This document shows, one piece after another, positions 19,003 to 29,156 of a stretch of 64,000 nt of DNA. The first letter of the stretch is position 1; the number at the start of each line of letters is the position of its first letter. The position numbers and the translations under genes are program-made. The stretch is from a virus. Lineage: Duplodnaviria > Heunggongvirae > Uroviricota > Caudoviricetes. The notes beneath the pieces are model-generated. The model searched no databases and was not told where the DNA came from. It worked only from the letters and a program-made list of their open reading frames with translations. The stretch lies in IMG/VR virus record IMGVR_UViG_3300022178_000016; one strand, 5' to 3'.

Positions 19003-19599
19003 TTAGTTTCCATAGTTTGGATGGTCTGCCATGAACTGGCCTACTGTTGAATAACCTTTACCACCATTGGCAAGCATTTCAGTATCTGTTGGTACAGCAG
19101 GTAGTCCAAAGATGACCCTTGACTCAGCAAGAAGTTCTAAAGACCATACAGGAGGGGATAATACTTCTACAGACCTACCAGCACCAATCAACCCAAGAGC
19201 TTCTAAAGCTTGTGTACCAGATATAGTTTCAGGTCTGTCTAAGTGGACATAACCAGCAGACATAATATCATCTTGAGCTACGGCCACCGTCAACCACTGA
19301 TCTTCTGTTAGGTTTAGGTTTAATCCTAAAGAAGCTTTCTTTAAGGCTCTCTTCTCAGCAGCATTGAAACGGTTACGATAAGCTAGTCGAGTTATTATTC
19401 TTCCGAAGGTTGGGGATATATCAACAGGGGGTAAGAACTCCCCACCTATGTAGCGCCACCCGTTCGTTATTTGTAACTCAAGAGGGTGCCCTGTAAGGTC
19501 ATGGTAAACTGTCCCCATCTGCCCCTGAAACTCAGGGGGTATTACATTTAAGTTGAAGATTGAACCAACTGTAAAATCATAAACTTGGACTATCTTCAT
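19003..19599 (-). CDS. hypothetical tail-associated protein (198 aa)
   Basis: ORF coupled (ATGA overlap) to the upstream fibre gene. Confidence 0.4.
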   Translation of the reverse strand: MKIVQVYDFTVGSIFNLNVIPPEFQGQMGTVYHDLTGHPLELQITNGWRYIGGEFLPPVDISPTFGRIITRLAYRNRFNAAEKRALKKASLGLNLNLTEDQWLTVAVAQDDIMSAGYVHLDRPETISGTQALEALGLIGAGRSVEVLSPPVWSLELLAESRVIFGLPAVPTDTEMLANGGKGYSTVGQFMADHPNYGN

Positions 19600-20510
19600 T
19601 AGACAACCCCAGTTCCGATGTTAGCAAGGGACTTTATATACTTATCAAAGTCAGATCGGAGGTAAAGCTTACACCCCATAGTACAAGTCTCTCTGAGGGT
19701 GGATATATAAACTTTGTCATTATCTAGGAGTATAATATTATAAGCATGTAGTAGTGCAGAAGTTGTGGTACTCGCACCAGACCCAATATTACTCCCTAGA
19801 TGAACTGGTATACTAAAACCTGAGATGTGTCCGTAGGTAGTACTTACCAGTGCGGGGCAGGAGAATGAGGAGTCTAAAGCGGATGTGTACTGAGCAGTTA
19901 TGCCAACAGTACCATCTTGAGTTGTGTAAATAACACCCTTAGCTACATACGCACCTAGTGTTACAGGGACATCTTGTGTGACAATAGCCCCCGAGGTTTT
20001 ATTAAGGGAGTGGGTGAAGCCATTGTAGTTAATCTGGATATCACCAGATGTAGTATTAACCTCCATCGTACCCATATTTATCCCACTAGTGGGCCAGTTC
20101 AAGAGTGTTGTGGGTGTGAAGCTGGCACCTATGGTAGTGACTGCCCCTGTAGTGTCACTTATCTTAATAAGCCTATAACTGCTACCTGCGTTAATGAGGA
20201 CATACAAACATGAGTCGGCAGAACTGAAGTGGAAAGCCACAGCCACAGCGGATGTGAGGTAGGTTGTGTAAGTTACAGCTGCAGTAACTGAAGCTATACC
20301 TAACGCACTTGTCGTGTATAATGTGACCCCTGTATCCGCTGCGGTGGCGAAAGATCTATCAGAAGCCCCTGCCCTATAAACAGGGGTTTTGAAAGAGCTA
20401 ATAGAATTGTTTTGTCCATACAGCTGAGTGGTTATAGGTACAGGCTTCATCCTATACAACAGATAGTTGTTAGAGGAAATGCCTGTGCTATTAAAGTATG
20501 AAACACTCAT
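19599..20510 (-). CDS. tail fibre protein (303 aa)
   Basis: Ser/Thr/Gly-rich and placed downstream of the baseplate genes. Confidence 0.5.
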   Translation of the reverse strand: MSVSYFNSTGISSNNYLLYRMKPVPITTQLYGQNNSISSFKTPVYRAGASDRSFATAADTGVTLYTTSALGIASVTAAVTYTTYLTSAVAVAFHFSSADSCLYVLINAGSSYRLIKISDTTGAVTTIGASFTPTTLLNWPTSGINMGTMEVNTTSGDIQINYNGFTHSLNKTSGAIVTQDVPVTLGAYVAKGVIYTTQDGTVGITAQYTSALDSSFSCPALVSTTYGHISGFSIPVHLGSNIGSGASTTTSALLHAYNIILLDNDKVYISTLRETCTMGCKLYLRSDFDKYIKSLANIGTGVV

Positions 20511-21151
20511 TATCTTTTATACCCCTGAACTGTTGTCGCAACTGCACCAGTAAGTGATGAGGTTACTAAAATTAATTTATCTGTAGCTGAGATGAAAAGG
20601 GCTTCTTTCTCAAAACCAGTCACCCCTGAAGCGGTGATGGAGAAGTTGTGTACTTTTACACCACTTGCAGCATCTGTTGCACTTATATAGAGATCACATG
20701 TCGCTAAATCACTGACTAAACTTCCATCTTTCAAACTCACACTGATATTCACGCTACTGTCCATTACTGCTGTATTCGAATATACAACAGTTTCTGTATT
20801 AGTAGTGATTAACTCCTGTTGCTTAATCTCGTTAGACTTCGAGTCATATTCGACACCCATAACAACAACATGAGTGCCTGCCTTGTCTGTGGTGTAACAT
20901 ATGCGCTCCCCTGCTGAGAGAACTAAGGCACTCCTTTCATAACCCATTGCAAGGGGAATACTGTCCAGTTGAATGGTGTGGGTTGCACTAGGAGTCCCTG
21001 TAGGACTCCTGAATAGCGTTACATTGTTTACCCCTACCGTTGCATTGGTTACTATCACAGACACCTCAGAGGTCTTCCCAGAGGGTACTGTGTACACTAC
21101 AGCAGTTCCAGCACCAGTGGATTTATGTGTACCCAATCTACCTGCTGCCAT
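20510..21151 (-). CDS. tail fibre / baseplate peripheral protein (213 aa)
   Basis: ORF coupled to its neighbours. Thr/Val-rich. Confidence 0.45.
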   Translation of the reverse strand: MAAGRLGTHKSTGAGTAVVYTVPSGKTSEVSVIVTNATVGVNNVTLFRSPTGTPSATHTIQLDSIPLAMGYERSALVLSAGERICYTTDKAGTHVVVMGVEYDSKSNEIKQQELITTNTETVVYSNTAVMDSSVNISVSLKDGSLVSDLATCDLYISATDAASGVKVHNFSITASGVTGFEKEALFISATDKLILVTSSLTGAVATTVQGYKR

Positions 21152-21447
21152 TAACGTTGACTCCTGAAATAATTATCTGCATCTGAGATATACTTTGATT
21201 TGTTTATGTCTGCCAATGCCACTGCATTGCTCTTTAAAGTATCCATCTCTTGGTCGTGCCAAGCTGTCCATTGATACTGTAATCTATGTAACCAGTTAAA
21301 GAATTCTCTTGGAGGTGCTTCCCCATAATCCCAACCATATTCTTTATGGTACGTGTCGGGAGTCTGTACATTGTTTGCCCCCAAAAGCCCATTGCCAGCA
21401 TCTAGTAAAGCAAACTCAGGGAGGATTACCGGTTTTGTAAAAGGCAT
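21151..21447 (-). CDS. hypothetical protein (98 aa)
   Basis: ORF. Confidence 0.4.
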   Translation of the reverse strand: MPFTKPVILPEFALLDAGNGLLGANNVQTPDTYHKEYGWDYGEAPPREFFNWLHRLQYQWTAWHDQEMDTLKSNAVALADINKSKYISDADNYFRSQR

Positions 21448-21460
21448 TTTAAATTCCTAA

Positions 21461-22024
21461 TTAAATTGTGCTTGTATATCTGCTGATAAACTTACCACCA
21501 GATGAATCCCCTGTAGAACCAAAACCCAACCCTATACCACCCTCAAAAGAGAATACAGGGTCTGCATCAAAAGAGGCAGTAATGGATGCTGTGACTGTGA
21601 CAGGGAGAGCTTTTGTTAATGTGTTGATTACTGCTATGGTGGGAGCACCTACATCAGAAAAGAGAGCAACCCCAGCAGGGAATTCTTCTTTCATTGTTGC
21701 AGTGTCACTACCAAGAAGAATTCTCCATAAGTCTAATACAGTAGAGAATTGACCTTCACCAGCATTGAGAATCTGTTGTACTTTTAATACTAACCTGTAG
21801 TCAGTGTCATTAAGACCTTCTCTGCGTTTACCCAGTATCTCACCAATACCATCTAATTGAACACCAACAGCATTATCAATACTTCTTTGCGATTTTATTT
21901 CTTGTAGAGTATCTTCAATTTCTTGAATCTCTTCTAAGAAGATTTGGATTAAGTGTTTGTAGTTCTCAGATTCTTTAAATTGCTCAGGGAGCCTACTAAG
22001 ACCCCTCGTAACATGATCTACCAT
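21461..22024 (-). CDS. baseplate protein (gpI-like position)
   Basis: Sits immediately downstream of the J-like gene. 187 aa. Confidence 0.4.
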   Translation of the reverse strand: MVDHVTRGLSRLPEQFKESENYKHLIQIFLEEIQEIEDTLQEIKSQRSIDNAVGVQLDGIGEILGKRREGLNDTDYRLVLKVQQILNAGEGQFSTVLDLWRILLGSDTATMKEEFPAGVALFSDVGAPTIAVINTLTKALPVTVTASITASFDADPVFSFEGGIGLGFGSTGDSSGGKFISRYTSTI

Positions 22025-22025
22025 G

Positions 22026-23465
22026 TTAAACCTCGTTTACAACTATTCGTGTAATGTCAAACACAGAACGTTCTTTACGACCAACTTCAATAGGAGTTGT
22101 TGCAAATGGTGTCCAAGTAATTAAATCAGTTGAAGATGAAATTCTAATTACAAGAGACCCAACACCACCAACACTACTAAAGATTGTGCCAAAGAATCTT
22201 TGTGGGATTACGTCTACACCAATATTCAGCGTATCTCCATAAAGAAGTGCAGCTTGTTTAATACCATCTTCACCACTTGATGCAAAGGATTCTTCATCAT
22301 ATTTAGTGTAATCAATTTCCATCTTAATGTAGATGTCTATCGGACGGGAGAAGTTTACGACTTGAGATAAACCATTATCATCAACGATAGTTCTTGCAAT
22401 ATCACCTACAGTTTCAATACCTGCTGGGTGGTATCTCCAGATTGTCTCTGCAACCTCTTGTTCATCACCACCTTCCACAATAACTTCAAAGGATTTAGGT
22501 GGTCTTCCATCTACGTCTACTTCAAAACTTCTGTTAGCTATAATGAAAGCTGCTGTTACACCTGCAAGGTTTTTAACATTAGCTGTGATGGCCTGTTCTG
22601 TAGCCGCTCCAATAATCTGTACTGACTCATACCTACGAACTCTCAGTTCTTCATCAGTCTCTCTTTCCCTACCCTCTACACCATCTTCTAGGTTAGTTAC
22701 AGAAGTAACACCAATAGCTGGGATGAGTAAAGTTATAAGTGTTCCAGCAGGAGCTTTAACTTCCCCAGTATTCTCAGCTACAACAGTAACTAAGCCTGAC
22801 ACAGAAGTAACACCAAGTCTGGCCCCAACAATAATAGGAAGTACGCTAGAAGGCTCTGTAACGTTGATACGGAACGTTTCGGTTGTGGGGAGGGTCGTAG
22901 TAACCCCTAAGCCTTCTAAATCAATAGCGGCCTTTAGTGAGGCTACAATCTCCGCTGCTGTAGCTGAACCATCTGAAGTAATGGAAACAAGAGTGCCTCC
23001 GATAGTAACTTCATAATCTGTGGTATCTACTACAGCAGTGACTTCTAAAGTAATGTCACTGAATTGAGTATTCTGTAAAGTCAAATCTGAACTTACTAAG
23101 AACCTTTCGTTAGTGCCAGTAACGGTGACTACAGAATCTTCAACTAATACACTGCCCACCGCTCCAGTTACTTGTAATACTGCTGTAGAGTTAGATGCTG
23201 CAATTCTTCGTACATTTACAATGTCTGCAACATTGTCTAAGTTAATGTCATAAGAAGTTTTAGGGAAAGCTGCATCGTATGTGCCTTGAACCCCCATCCA
23301 AGCATCTGATAACTCATCTGAAAAAATACCGACCAAAACACCAGAGGGGGTGTTAGTACCTACAGAAAAGGGTGTTCCATACCTATCTTGTAGTTTTGTA
23401 GTTAGACTATTAATGATTTCTGGTAGGGTTTTTATCACCAAACCTTCGCTTGTTAATCCTGCCAT
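22026..23465 (-). CDS. baseplate J-like protein (479 aa)
   Basis: Size and position follow the gp25-like gene, as expected for a J-like baseplate protein. Confidence 0.45.
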   Translation of the reverse strand: MAGLTSEGLVIKTLPEIINSLTTKLQDRYGTPFSVGTNTPSGVLVGIFSDELSDAWMGVQGTYDAAFPKTSYDINLDNVADIVNVRRIAASNSTAVLQVTGAVGSVLVEDSVVTVTGTNERFLVSSDLTLQNTQFSDITLEVTAVVDTTDYEVTIGGTLVSITSDGSATAAEIVASLKAAIDLEGLGVTTTLPTTETFRINVTEPSSVLPIIVGARLGVTSVSGLVTVVAENTGEVKAPAGTLITLLIPAIGVTSVTNLEDGVEGRERETDEELRVRRYESVQIIGAATEQAITANVKNLAGVTAAFIIANRSFEVDVDGRPPKSFEVIVEGGDEQEVAETIWRYHPAGIETVGDIARTIVDDNGLSQVVNFSRPIDIYIKMEIDYTKYDEESFASSGEDGIKQAALLYGDTLNIGVDVIPQRFFGTIFSSVGGVGSLVIRISSSTDLITWTPFATTPIEVGRKERSVFDITRIVVNEV

Positions 23466-23474
23466 TTTAATCTC

Positions 23475-23831
23475 TTATAAGTTGAGGGACAGTGAGTACA
23501 CAACCCCTTCAGTTGTTTTTATTTTAGCGTCTACTTTAAATACCCGAGTAGAGGGTGTGAACTCTGAAGTGTAAGTTAACAACTCATCTACATCAGGTTC
23601 ACTTGCAATAGCTAGTTTGAAGATATTGTCTAAATCTTCTCTTGTTGTTCCTTTAACAAAGACTTCCTGAAAGTAGGGGATTCCATACTCTTCATCTAAA
23701 AACCATTCACCTTTATAAAAGAGTAATTTGATTTTTAATCTCTGCCCTAAATCTTGTGTCTTTGTTGTAATCTCTTTAAATTGGAAATTCTCAACAAAGA
23801 GGTCATGTGTGTTTTCATCTAATTGCAACAT
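23475..23831 (-). CDS. baseplate wedge protein gp25/W-like (118 aa)
   Basis: Size and position fit. The call is by synteny only. Confidence 0.4.
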   Translation of the reverse strand: MLQLDENTHDLFVENFQFKEITTKTQDLGQRLKIKLLFYKGEWFLDEEYGIPYFQEVFVKGTTREDLDNIFKLAIASEPDVDELLTYTSEFTPSTRVFKVDAKIKTTEGVVYSLSLNL

Positions 23832-24298
23832 TAACTTATCGTCTCAAATGATGGTGGTGTTGGGTTTGGATAAACAACCGTCCAAATAATTGTTTTAGCG
23901 ACTGTTTCAATGTTGGTTATGAAGTTTAAATAGTAAGGTGTAGATTCCGTAGTTGAGTAACTTGCTGTAACAGCAGCAGTAAAGGCCCCCACTTTAGAAG
24001 AAGCATCATTACTAGCAGAGACAGAACCACCAGAAGGTATTAATTTACAAGTAGACCAATAATCAGCTAACGCTTGTCCGAAGTCGGCATCAGTTACAAA
24101 ATCACCTGTTGATAGAAATGATTGTAAGATTGAAGCATTCTCTGATCCAGATGCGGTGCCTACTACGTCCCCCCCTTGGGTGTAGGTCTTATATGCGTTA
24201 GCAAAGTCCGCTGCAAAACTTGAAGAAGGCCATGTGGATATTGCTGAATCATTGGCTGAGTTTATAGCTGAAGCACAAGACAAAGCATTTAGGCTCAT
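23831..24298 (-). CDS. baseplate-associated protein (155 aa)
   Basis: ORF. Confidence 0.4.
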   Translation of the reverse strand: MSLNALSCASAINSANDSAISTWPSSSFAADFANAYKTYTQGGDVVGTASGSENASILQSFLSTGDFVTDADFGQALADYWSTCKLIPSGGSVSASNDASSKVGAFTAAVTASYSTTESTPYYLNFITNIETVAKTIIWTVVYPNPTPPSFETIS

Positions 24299-25056
24299 AT
24301 GAATGTACTCGTCGGTTTGCTAAGATTTCCAATATGTTTGTGAGTGTTAGCACTTGAGCCAGCATCAGTAATCACATCATTACCTACAGATATCCCACCA
24401 TCCACCCTTAACTCCCCTGTGCAAGTTGTCTGAGGACTATCAATCGTTACCGATTCAGAAGCATTCACATTAGCCACTTTAGTATTGACTTCAACCTTGT
24501 TAGTGGCATTCACAATAACTTGCGTAGGGGAATCAACCAGAAGGTCGCCAGAAGGCGTTAAGGAGATTTTAACCTCCTTACCTGTATTGGCATTCATCCT
24601 TAACACAGTGTTCTCTGGGTGGATTCCTAGAGCCTTTGAGAAGGTACTGAGTCCTGCAATTGCGATAGCGTCTGTGTAGTTATGCTTCCTAAAGTCATCA
24701 GGATCAACAGGAGAAACCCCATCACTAAAAACAAAATTGTCAACACTACGTTCACTGAATATAAGAAGAACAATATCCCCCTTCTTAATAGGGAACGTAA
24801 TAGTACCTGTATTTGCAGAAGGGAAGACGATAGGAACCCCTTGAATGAAGGCCATGTCTTGTAGACCTGCTGCATTACCCTTAGCATCACGATTACGCTC
24901 TTTAATCAAAGGTTGTACTGTAGCTTTCTGTTTCTGATAGTCAGTTATCTCGATTATTCTTGCAGGAATACAAGTGTGTAAATTCCATAGGAAGTGTTCA
25001 ACAACAGCTTCTGTAAATTCAGATAGAGCTTCTGCTCCGTTGTTATCTTCTTCCAT
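24295..25056 (-). CDS. baseplate spike protein (gpV-like OB-fold)
   Basis: PIKKGDIVLLIFSERSVDNFVF resembles the gpV/gp5 N-terminal OB-fold signature. The C-terminus is Thr/Val-rich. Confidence 0.45.
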   Translation of the reverse strand: MEEDNNGAEALSEFTEAVVEHFLWNLHTCIPARIIEITDYQKQKATVQPLIKERNRDAKGNAAGLQDMAFIQGVPIVFPSANTGTITFPIKKGDIVLLIFSERSVDNFVFSDGVSPVDPDDFRKHNYTDAIAIAGLSTFSKALGIHPENTVLRMNANTGKEVKISLTPSGDLLVDSPTQVIVNATNKVEVNTKVANVNASESVTIDSPQTTCTGELRVDGGISVGNDVITDAGSSANTHKHIGNLSKPTSTFI

Positions 25057-25943
25057 CAGTAGTTACTCGCTTCTATTGTTGTTGTCCAATCTTGTGACTC
25101 ATACCCACCTTTATGTGAAACTGAATCTACTCTGTAGTTGCCATCAGAATTGAACGTTCCTTGTATCTGAACTATTTGACCAGCCTTAATTAAAGGATTA
25201 AGCAGGCATTGAAATCTAATACCTGAGTCTGGGGGGATGTCTAAATCGTCCTTGAGGTTTCTTACGTCTTGTGAAGTCTTTTCAGGTTTAGCTAACAACC
25301 CATTATCAGGACTGATTACGATGGCTTCAACTTTTATATCTCCCTTCTTAGGGAATACATAAATTGTCTCATTCTTTTCAATAGTCCAGTCAAGATTATT
25401 TGCTTTACATATATCATCTATCTGAGCTTTAGAATTACCATTAAGAGAGTAACCTTTCTTGTAGACTTTCTTAGTAGCATCCCCGTTTATATTTACACTT
25501 TTAATTGCAGGCATTGAATCTTTTACTATTGTTCTTATTATAGATTCAACTGTACTACCTTCAGGTGTCGGCTTTTGTATCCTACTTTCTCTTGTGGTGG
25601 AGTATCCTTCTGCTGCAACTACTGTTGTGATAATGTCTGGAGGATCTGATACAGTCTTCATTGAGGTTTTATCCCCTCTGAAGATTACTACAAAGGGTTC
25701 ATCGGCATAAGCAACTTCAAGAGTAACCAAGACATCCTTAACTTCAAATAGTGTAATAGTCTCTTGTTTGAGATTATATATTTTAAGCTCAAGAGTATTG
25801 AGCTTAGATTTCTTTGTAACTTTAATATCAAACTCAATATGGAGTTCAGTAAGGACAGCAGACTTCCTCAAATTACTGGAAGCTCCAATATCATTAGTGC
25901 CCCCAATAGTGAGGCGATACTTCCTTCCAAATTTATCTGCCAT
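25056..25943 (-). CDS. baseplate hub protein (gpD/gp27-like position)
   Basis: 295 aa, between the spike and tape measure genes. Confidence 0.4.
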   Translation of the reverse strand: MADKFGRKYRLTIGGTNDIGASSNLRKSAVLTELHIEFDIKVTKKSKLNTLELKIYNLKQETITLFEVKDVLVTLEVAYADEPFVVIFRGDKTSMKTVSDPPDIITTVVAAEGYSTTRESRIQKPTPEGSTVESIIRTIVKDSMPAIKSVNINGDATKKVYKKGYSLNGNSKAQIDDICKANNLDWTIEKNETIYVFPKKGDIKVEAIVISPDNGLLAKPEKTSQDVRNLKDDLDIPPDSGIRFQCLLNPLIKAGQIVQIQGTFNSDGNYRVDSVSHKGGYESQDWTTTIEASNY

Positions 25944-25946
25944 AGG

Positions 25947-26300
25947 TTACTCTGTGATGAATAGTAAATCGAAATTAGTAAAGAGGTTGTCCAAAGTTAC
26001 TTCTTCAGGAGTTTCAAATTCCTCTGATTTAGAAAAGAGAACTAACACCCCATTAGGAAGAACATCAGAAACATACTGACTAAGTAAATCTACATGAGGG
26101 GTTAGTCTGAGGTTGGACAGAAGTATTTCACCAAGAGGATTTAAGATACTTAGATACCATGATCTAGGATCTCTGGTAAGGAACTTAAACTTGAATGTGT
26201 AATCTGTATCTAGTAACGTCACATCATACTGGTAGTCAACTTCTGTACTTGTTGGGAGGAGTAGATAATTATAAGTTGTCAAATTTCTTAGCCTCCACAA
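25947..26300 (-). CDS. hypothetical tail protein (117 aa)
   Basis: ORF. Confidence 0.4.
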   Translation of the reverse strand: MWRLRNLTTYNYLLLPTSTEVDYQYDVTLLDTDYTFKFKFLTRDPRSWYLSILNPLGEILLSNLRLTPHVDLLSQYVSDVLPNGVLVLFSKSEEFETPEEVTLDNLFTNFDLLFITE

Positions 26301-26994
26301 AGTAACCTTTCAATCTGGCTTGGGTACTTATGTCAATAACGTCAGATTCCTTACTCTCAGAGAAGGGCACAAATTTCTTACCACCCTTCTTAGTAGAGGC
26401 CGAGTTAATTGCTGTATCCCCAGATTGTTTACTATTGGTTGTTGGATTACTCGGAGAAACAAAAACTGTAGTTGTCTCACTTTTAGCAGTTCTTATCTGT
26501 TCAAAGTTAAGGTCAATAAATAAACTAACACCATCACCAGAGCGTCTAGGGAAACCTACACTTGTCATTATTAAATCTGTGTAAGTGTCTACAGGAGTTA
26601 TTAAGCTAACTTCTTTCTTCTGTTTCCGTACATCCAATAACTCTTTGTAAAACTCATCCTGAGTCATTAGTCCCTTCTCACTATTCATAGTGTGAGAATA
26701 ATCACTCACCATTGCAGTGATAGAGAATGTAGCATTGCCATTAATAACGTGGTCTGATTTATTGGCACCATCTTCAACAGGGAATGAAGTTACAGTGGAA
26801 GGGAACACAGGATTAATGTCAGTGGTTGTATCAAACACCAGCACCTTTCCTGTAGAAGTTATGACTCTTGTGCGTTTGGGTTTATGGGCAGGCTGAGACA
26901 TATAAACTTCGTCCCTTTTAGCCTGCTGTTGGTAGCCAAGGATTCTTGCACCGATGGCACCACCATTTTTTAATATTAAATCTAATAGTGCCAT
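26269..26994 (-). CDS. tail protein (241 aa)
   Basis: ORF immediately downstream of the tape measure gene. Confidence 0.4.
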   Translation of the reverse strand: MALLDLILKNGGAIGARILGYQQQAKRDEVYMSQPAHKPKRTRVITSTGKVLVFDTTTDINPVFPSTVTSFPVEDGANKSDHVINGNATFSITAMVSDYSHTMNSEKGLMTQDEFYKELLDVRKQKKEVSLITPVDTYTDLIMTSVGFPRRSGDGVSLFIDLNFEQIRTAKSETTTVFVSPSNPTTNSKQSGDTAINSASTKKGGKKFVPFSESKESDVIDISTQARLKGYFVEAKKFDNL

Positions 26995-28105
26995 TATTTA
27001 TCCCTTATATAGTTAGGAAGTGATTGAGCCACTATCCTAGCAATTTCACCACCCTCTCTTGTTGGAGCGTTTACGGTGATATGATTTACCTGAGATGATT
27101 GTGAAGGTTGTGAAGACTTCTCTGGGAAGTATATACCTTGTCCCATGGTAGGCTGCACGGTAGAAGGTGGTGCCGCTGAATTCATCCTATCTCTTGCTGC
27201 GCTGACTTCATCCATCCCATGCTTGAAGGCTGTTATTGGTGAGAAGGATGATGAGAAGGCTTTCCATAAAACCTTACCTGTATCAGAGTTCTCTGCCAGT
27301 AACTCACCTTGCAACGCCTCACTACGGTTTGTAGCCTGTAGTCTTGAAGCTTTGGCGGACTCTACAAGTGCTTGATTACCTGTAATGTTACCGTAGAGTT
27401 CTATGGCACCTGAAGTCAGTAACTCCCTAGTGTACTTAGCAGCATCTGCTAAAAGTAAAACAAACTTAGCAAACCCACTATACCACTTGTCATCTTTAGC
27501 CCAGTCTTTAAAGAAGCTATTCTTACCATTAACTGCATCATTGAGATCAAGGAAAGCGACCACAGCAGCAGCTACTAACAAAGGTACTAAGAAGAGTCTT
27601 GCTAGAACTCCTGTAATTGATTTACCTAATACTTGCAGGGCTGTTGCGAAGGCGTATACCTTAGACACTATTAAGAGGGATAAAAGCTCCTTCCAATAAG
27701 GTAGAAGTATTTGGATAGCTGTTTTTATTGTCAACCAAGTTTGACCAATAACATTACCAAGAGTTTTGAAACCTTCTTTATTTAACCTTACCCACTTAGC
27801 TAAGTCTTCAAGAACATCAGTCATCTCCCCAAAGGTTTTAACCATTAAGTTGAGGATACCTGCATCGTTAGTTGCTTCCAACATACGAACCCAAGCAGTT
27901 CTCATTTTCTCAAATTTCTTGGCTGGGGTATTAGCCATTTTATTTACTAATTCTGGATCTACAATACTCGCCATGTGATCAATGACTTTCTGTAATTCCT
28001 TTAGCCCAATCTCCCCATCCTCCATTAATTTAAAGAGTTTGGTAGTGTCACCGCCTGTTAAAGCATCGGCGAACATTTTTACTGCACCAGGGAGGTTTTC
28101 TGCTA
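26994..28105 (-). CDS. tail tape measure protein, exon 2 (C-terminal half)
   Basis: The ORF has an in-frame stop just upstream of its TTG. It carries hydrophobic mid-region segments typical of a tape measure protein. Junction with exon 1 is inferred from P1/P10 pairing. Confidence 0.55.
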
Positions 28106-29156
28106 CAAATATCTTCAATAGTGGTCGTTAATCACTACCAGTTCTCTTATGAACTTCTCTATGTCTCCATAGAAGTTGAGACTATATCTTCTCTAGTTTA
28201 CTAGAGCCTACTGTTTCGAGTCACTTGACCCTACATGCTTACACTCATCAGCATTAGTCGTTGAGTAATACACTACCAAATGAAATTAGAAGACACATCT
28301 TTGAAAGTTCTTCTTCTTTTAATATCCCTAACTATATCCTCAGTTAATCTAGCATTCGTAGATAGCGAGAGAATATTTTTTACACTGTGACCGGAAGACA
28401 ACATATCACACACCCAATGTGCCGTGGACTTTGAGATGTTGCTACTTTTATGATTCTTAGGTATTTCTGGGAGGTCTTTCAAAATATAACCCCAGTTTTT
28501 CTTACTCTTTATATTTTTTATAGTCGCGTTAGTTACGTTGAACTCTCTCGCCAAATCAACTACAAGATAGCCGTCAAGAAGTTTCTGGTGGATAAGTAAT
28601 ACTTGACTTTCGCTCAAGAGACACCTACCGTTGCTACCTCCAACATTTGTATTAAGTCCTGTGGAAAACGCATGTTTTTGGTTTTCTTCTCTCGTAACCC
28701 ACTCCAAATTACCTTTATGGTTGTGAAGCTTATTCCCGTCCTTGTGGTTAACCTCTGGTAGATTATGGGGGTTATCTATATAACAAATTGCCACCAATCT
28801 GTGGACAAGATATTTTCTAGGGGTTCCTGTGTTGGTAACTAATTTAATACGTCTATATGTAGAACTGTCGACATGGGATTTCAATAATTTTAGTTTACCA
28901 CTCTTATCAGAGTAGACATCACCATCTTCTGTTACATAATAACTGTTTGCAAACGGAATATTTTTCATTTAAAACTCCTTACTGTATTCTGGAGATATTG
29001 TAGTGTGTTCACTGCGGATCATCTCTATTGTTGACGTTTTTACTATACCCAAGACATTATTCTTGGTGCATATATGTTATCACTAACATAAAGCAGTAGT
29101 CAACACCTAACAAGATTTTCCCGCAATTAAATAGGTTTAACGTCAGCTAACATTTT
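28106..29156 (-). mobile_element. group I intron (IA-like) carrying an HNH homing endonuclease gene in P6
   Basis: On the minus strand: 5' splice-site U.G pair GGTCAGU/GCUGAC; P element AATTGCGGGAAA (29117-29128); Q GATCCGCAGT (29011-29020); R CAACGACTAATG (28252-28263); S AAGATATAGTCTC (28178-28190); a P9 hairpin with a GAGA loop; an omega G candidate at 28106. Confidence 0.75.
28273..28968 (-). CDS. HNH homing endonuclease (NUMOD4 + HNH_3, I-HmuI-like)
   Basis: N-terminal NUMOD4-like SYYVTEDGDVYSDKSG. HNH core HRLVAICYIDNPHNLPEVNHKDGNKLHNHKGNLEWVTREEN. Own RBS AAGGAG. Confidence 0.75.
   Translation of the reverse strand: MKNIPFANSYYVTEDGDVYSDKSGKLKLLKSHVDSSTYRRIKLVTNTGTPRKYLVHRLVAICYIDNPHNLPEVNHKDGNKLHNHKGNLEWVTREENQKHAFSTGLNTNVGGSNGRCLLSESQVLLIHQKLLDGYLVVDLAREFNVTNATIKNIKSKKNWGYILKDLPEIPKNHKSSNISKSTAHWVCDMLSSGHSVKNILSLSTNARLTEDIVRDIKRRRTFKDVSSNFIW

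Noticed and set aside
28116-28118. TTG start codon for the tape measure C-terminal ORF
   Set aside because: It is an artefact of the ORF finder. The ORF is read as exon 2 of an intron-split gene joined at about 28105.
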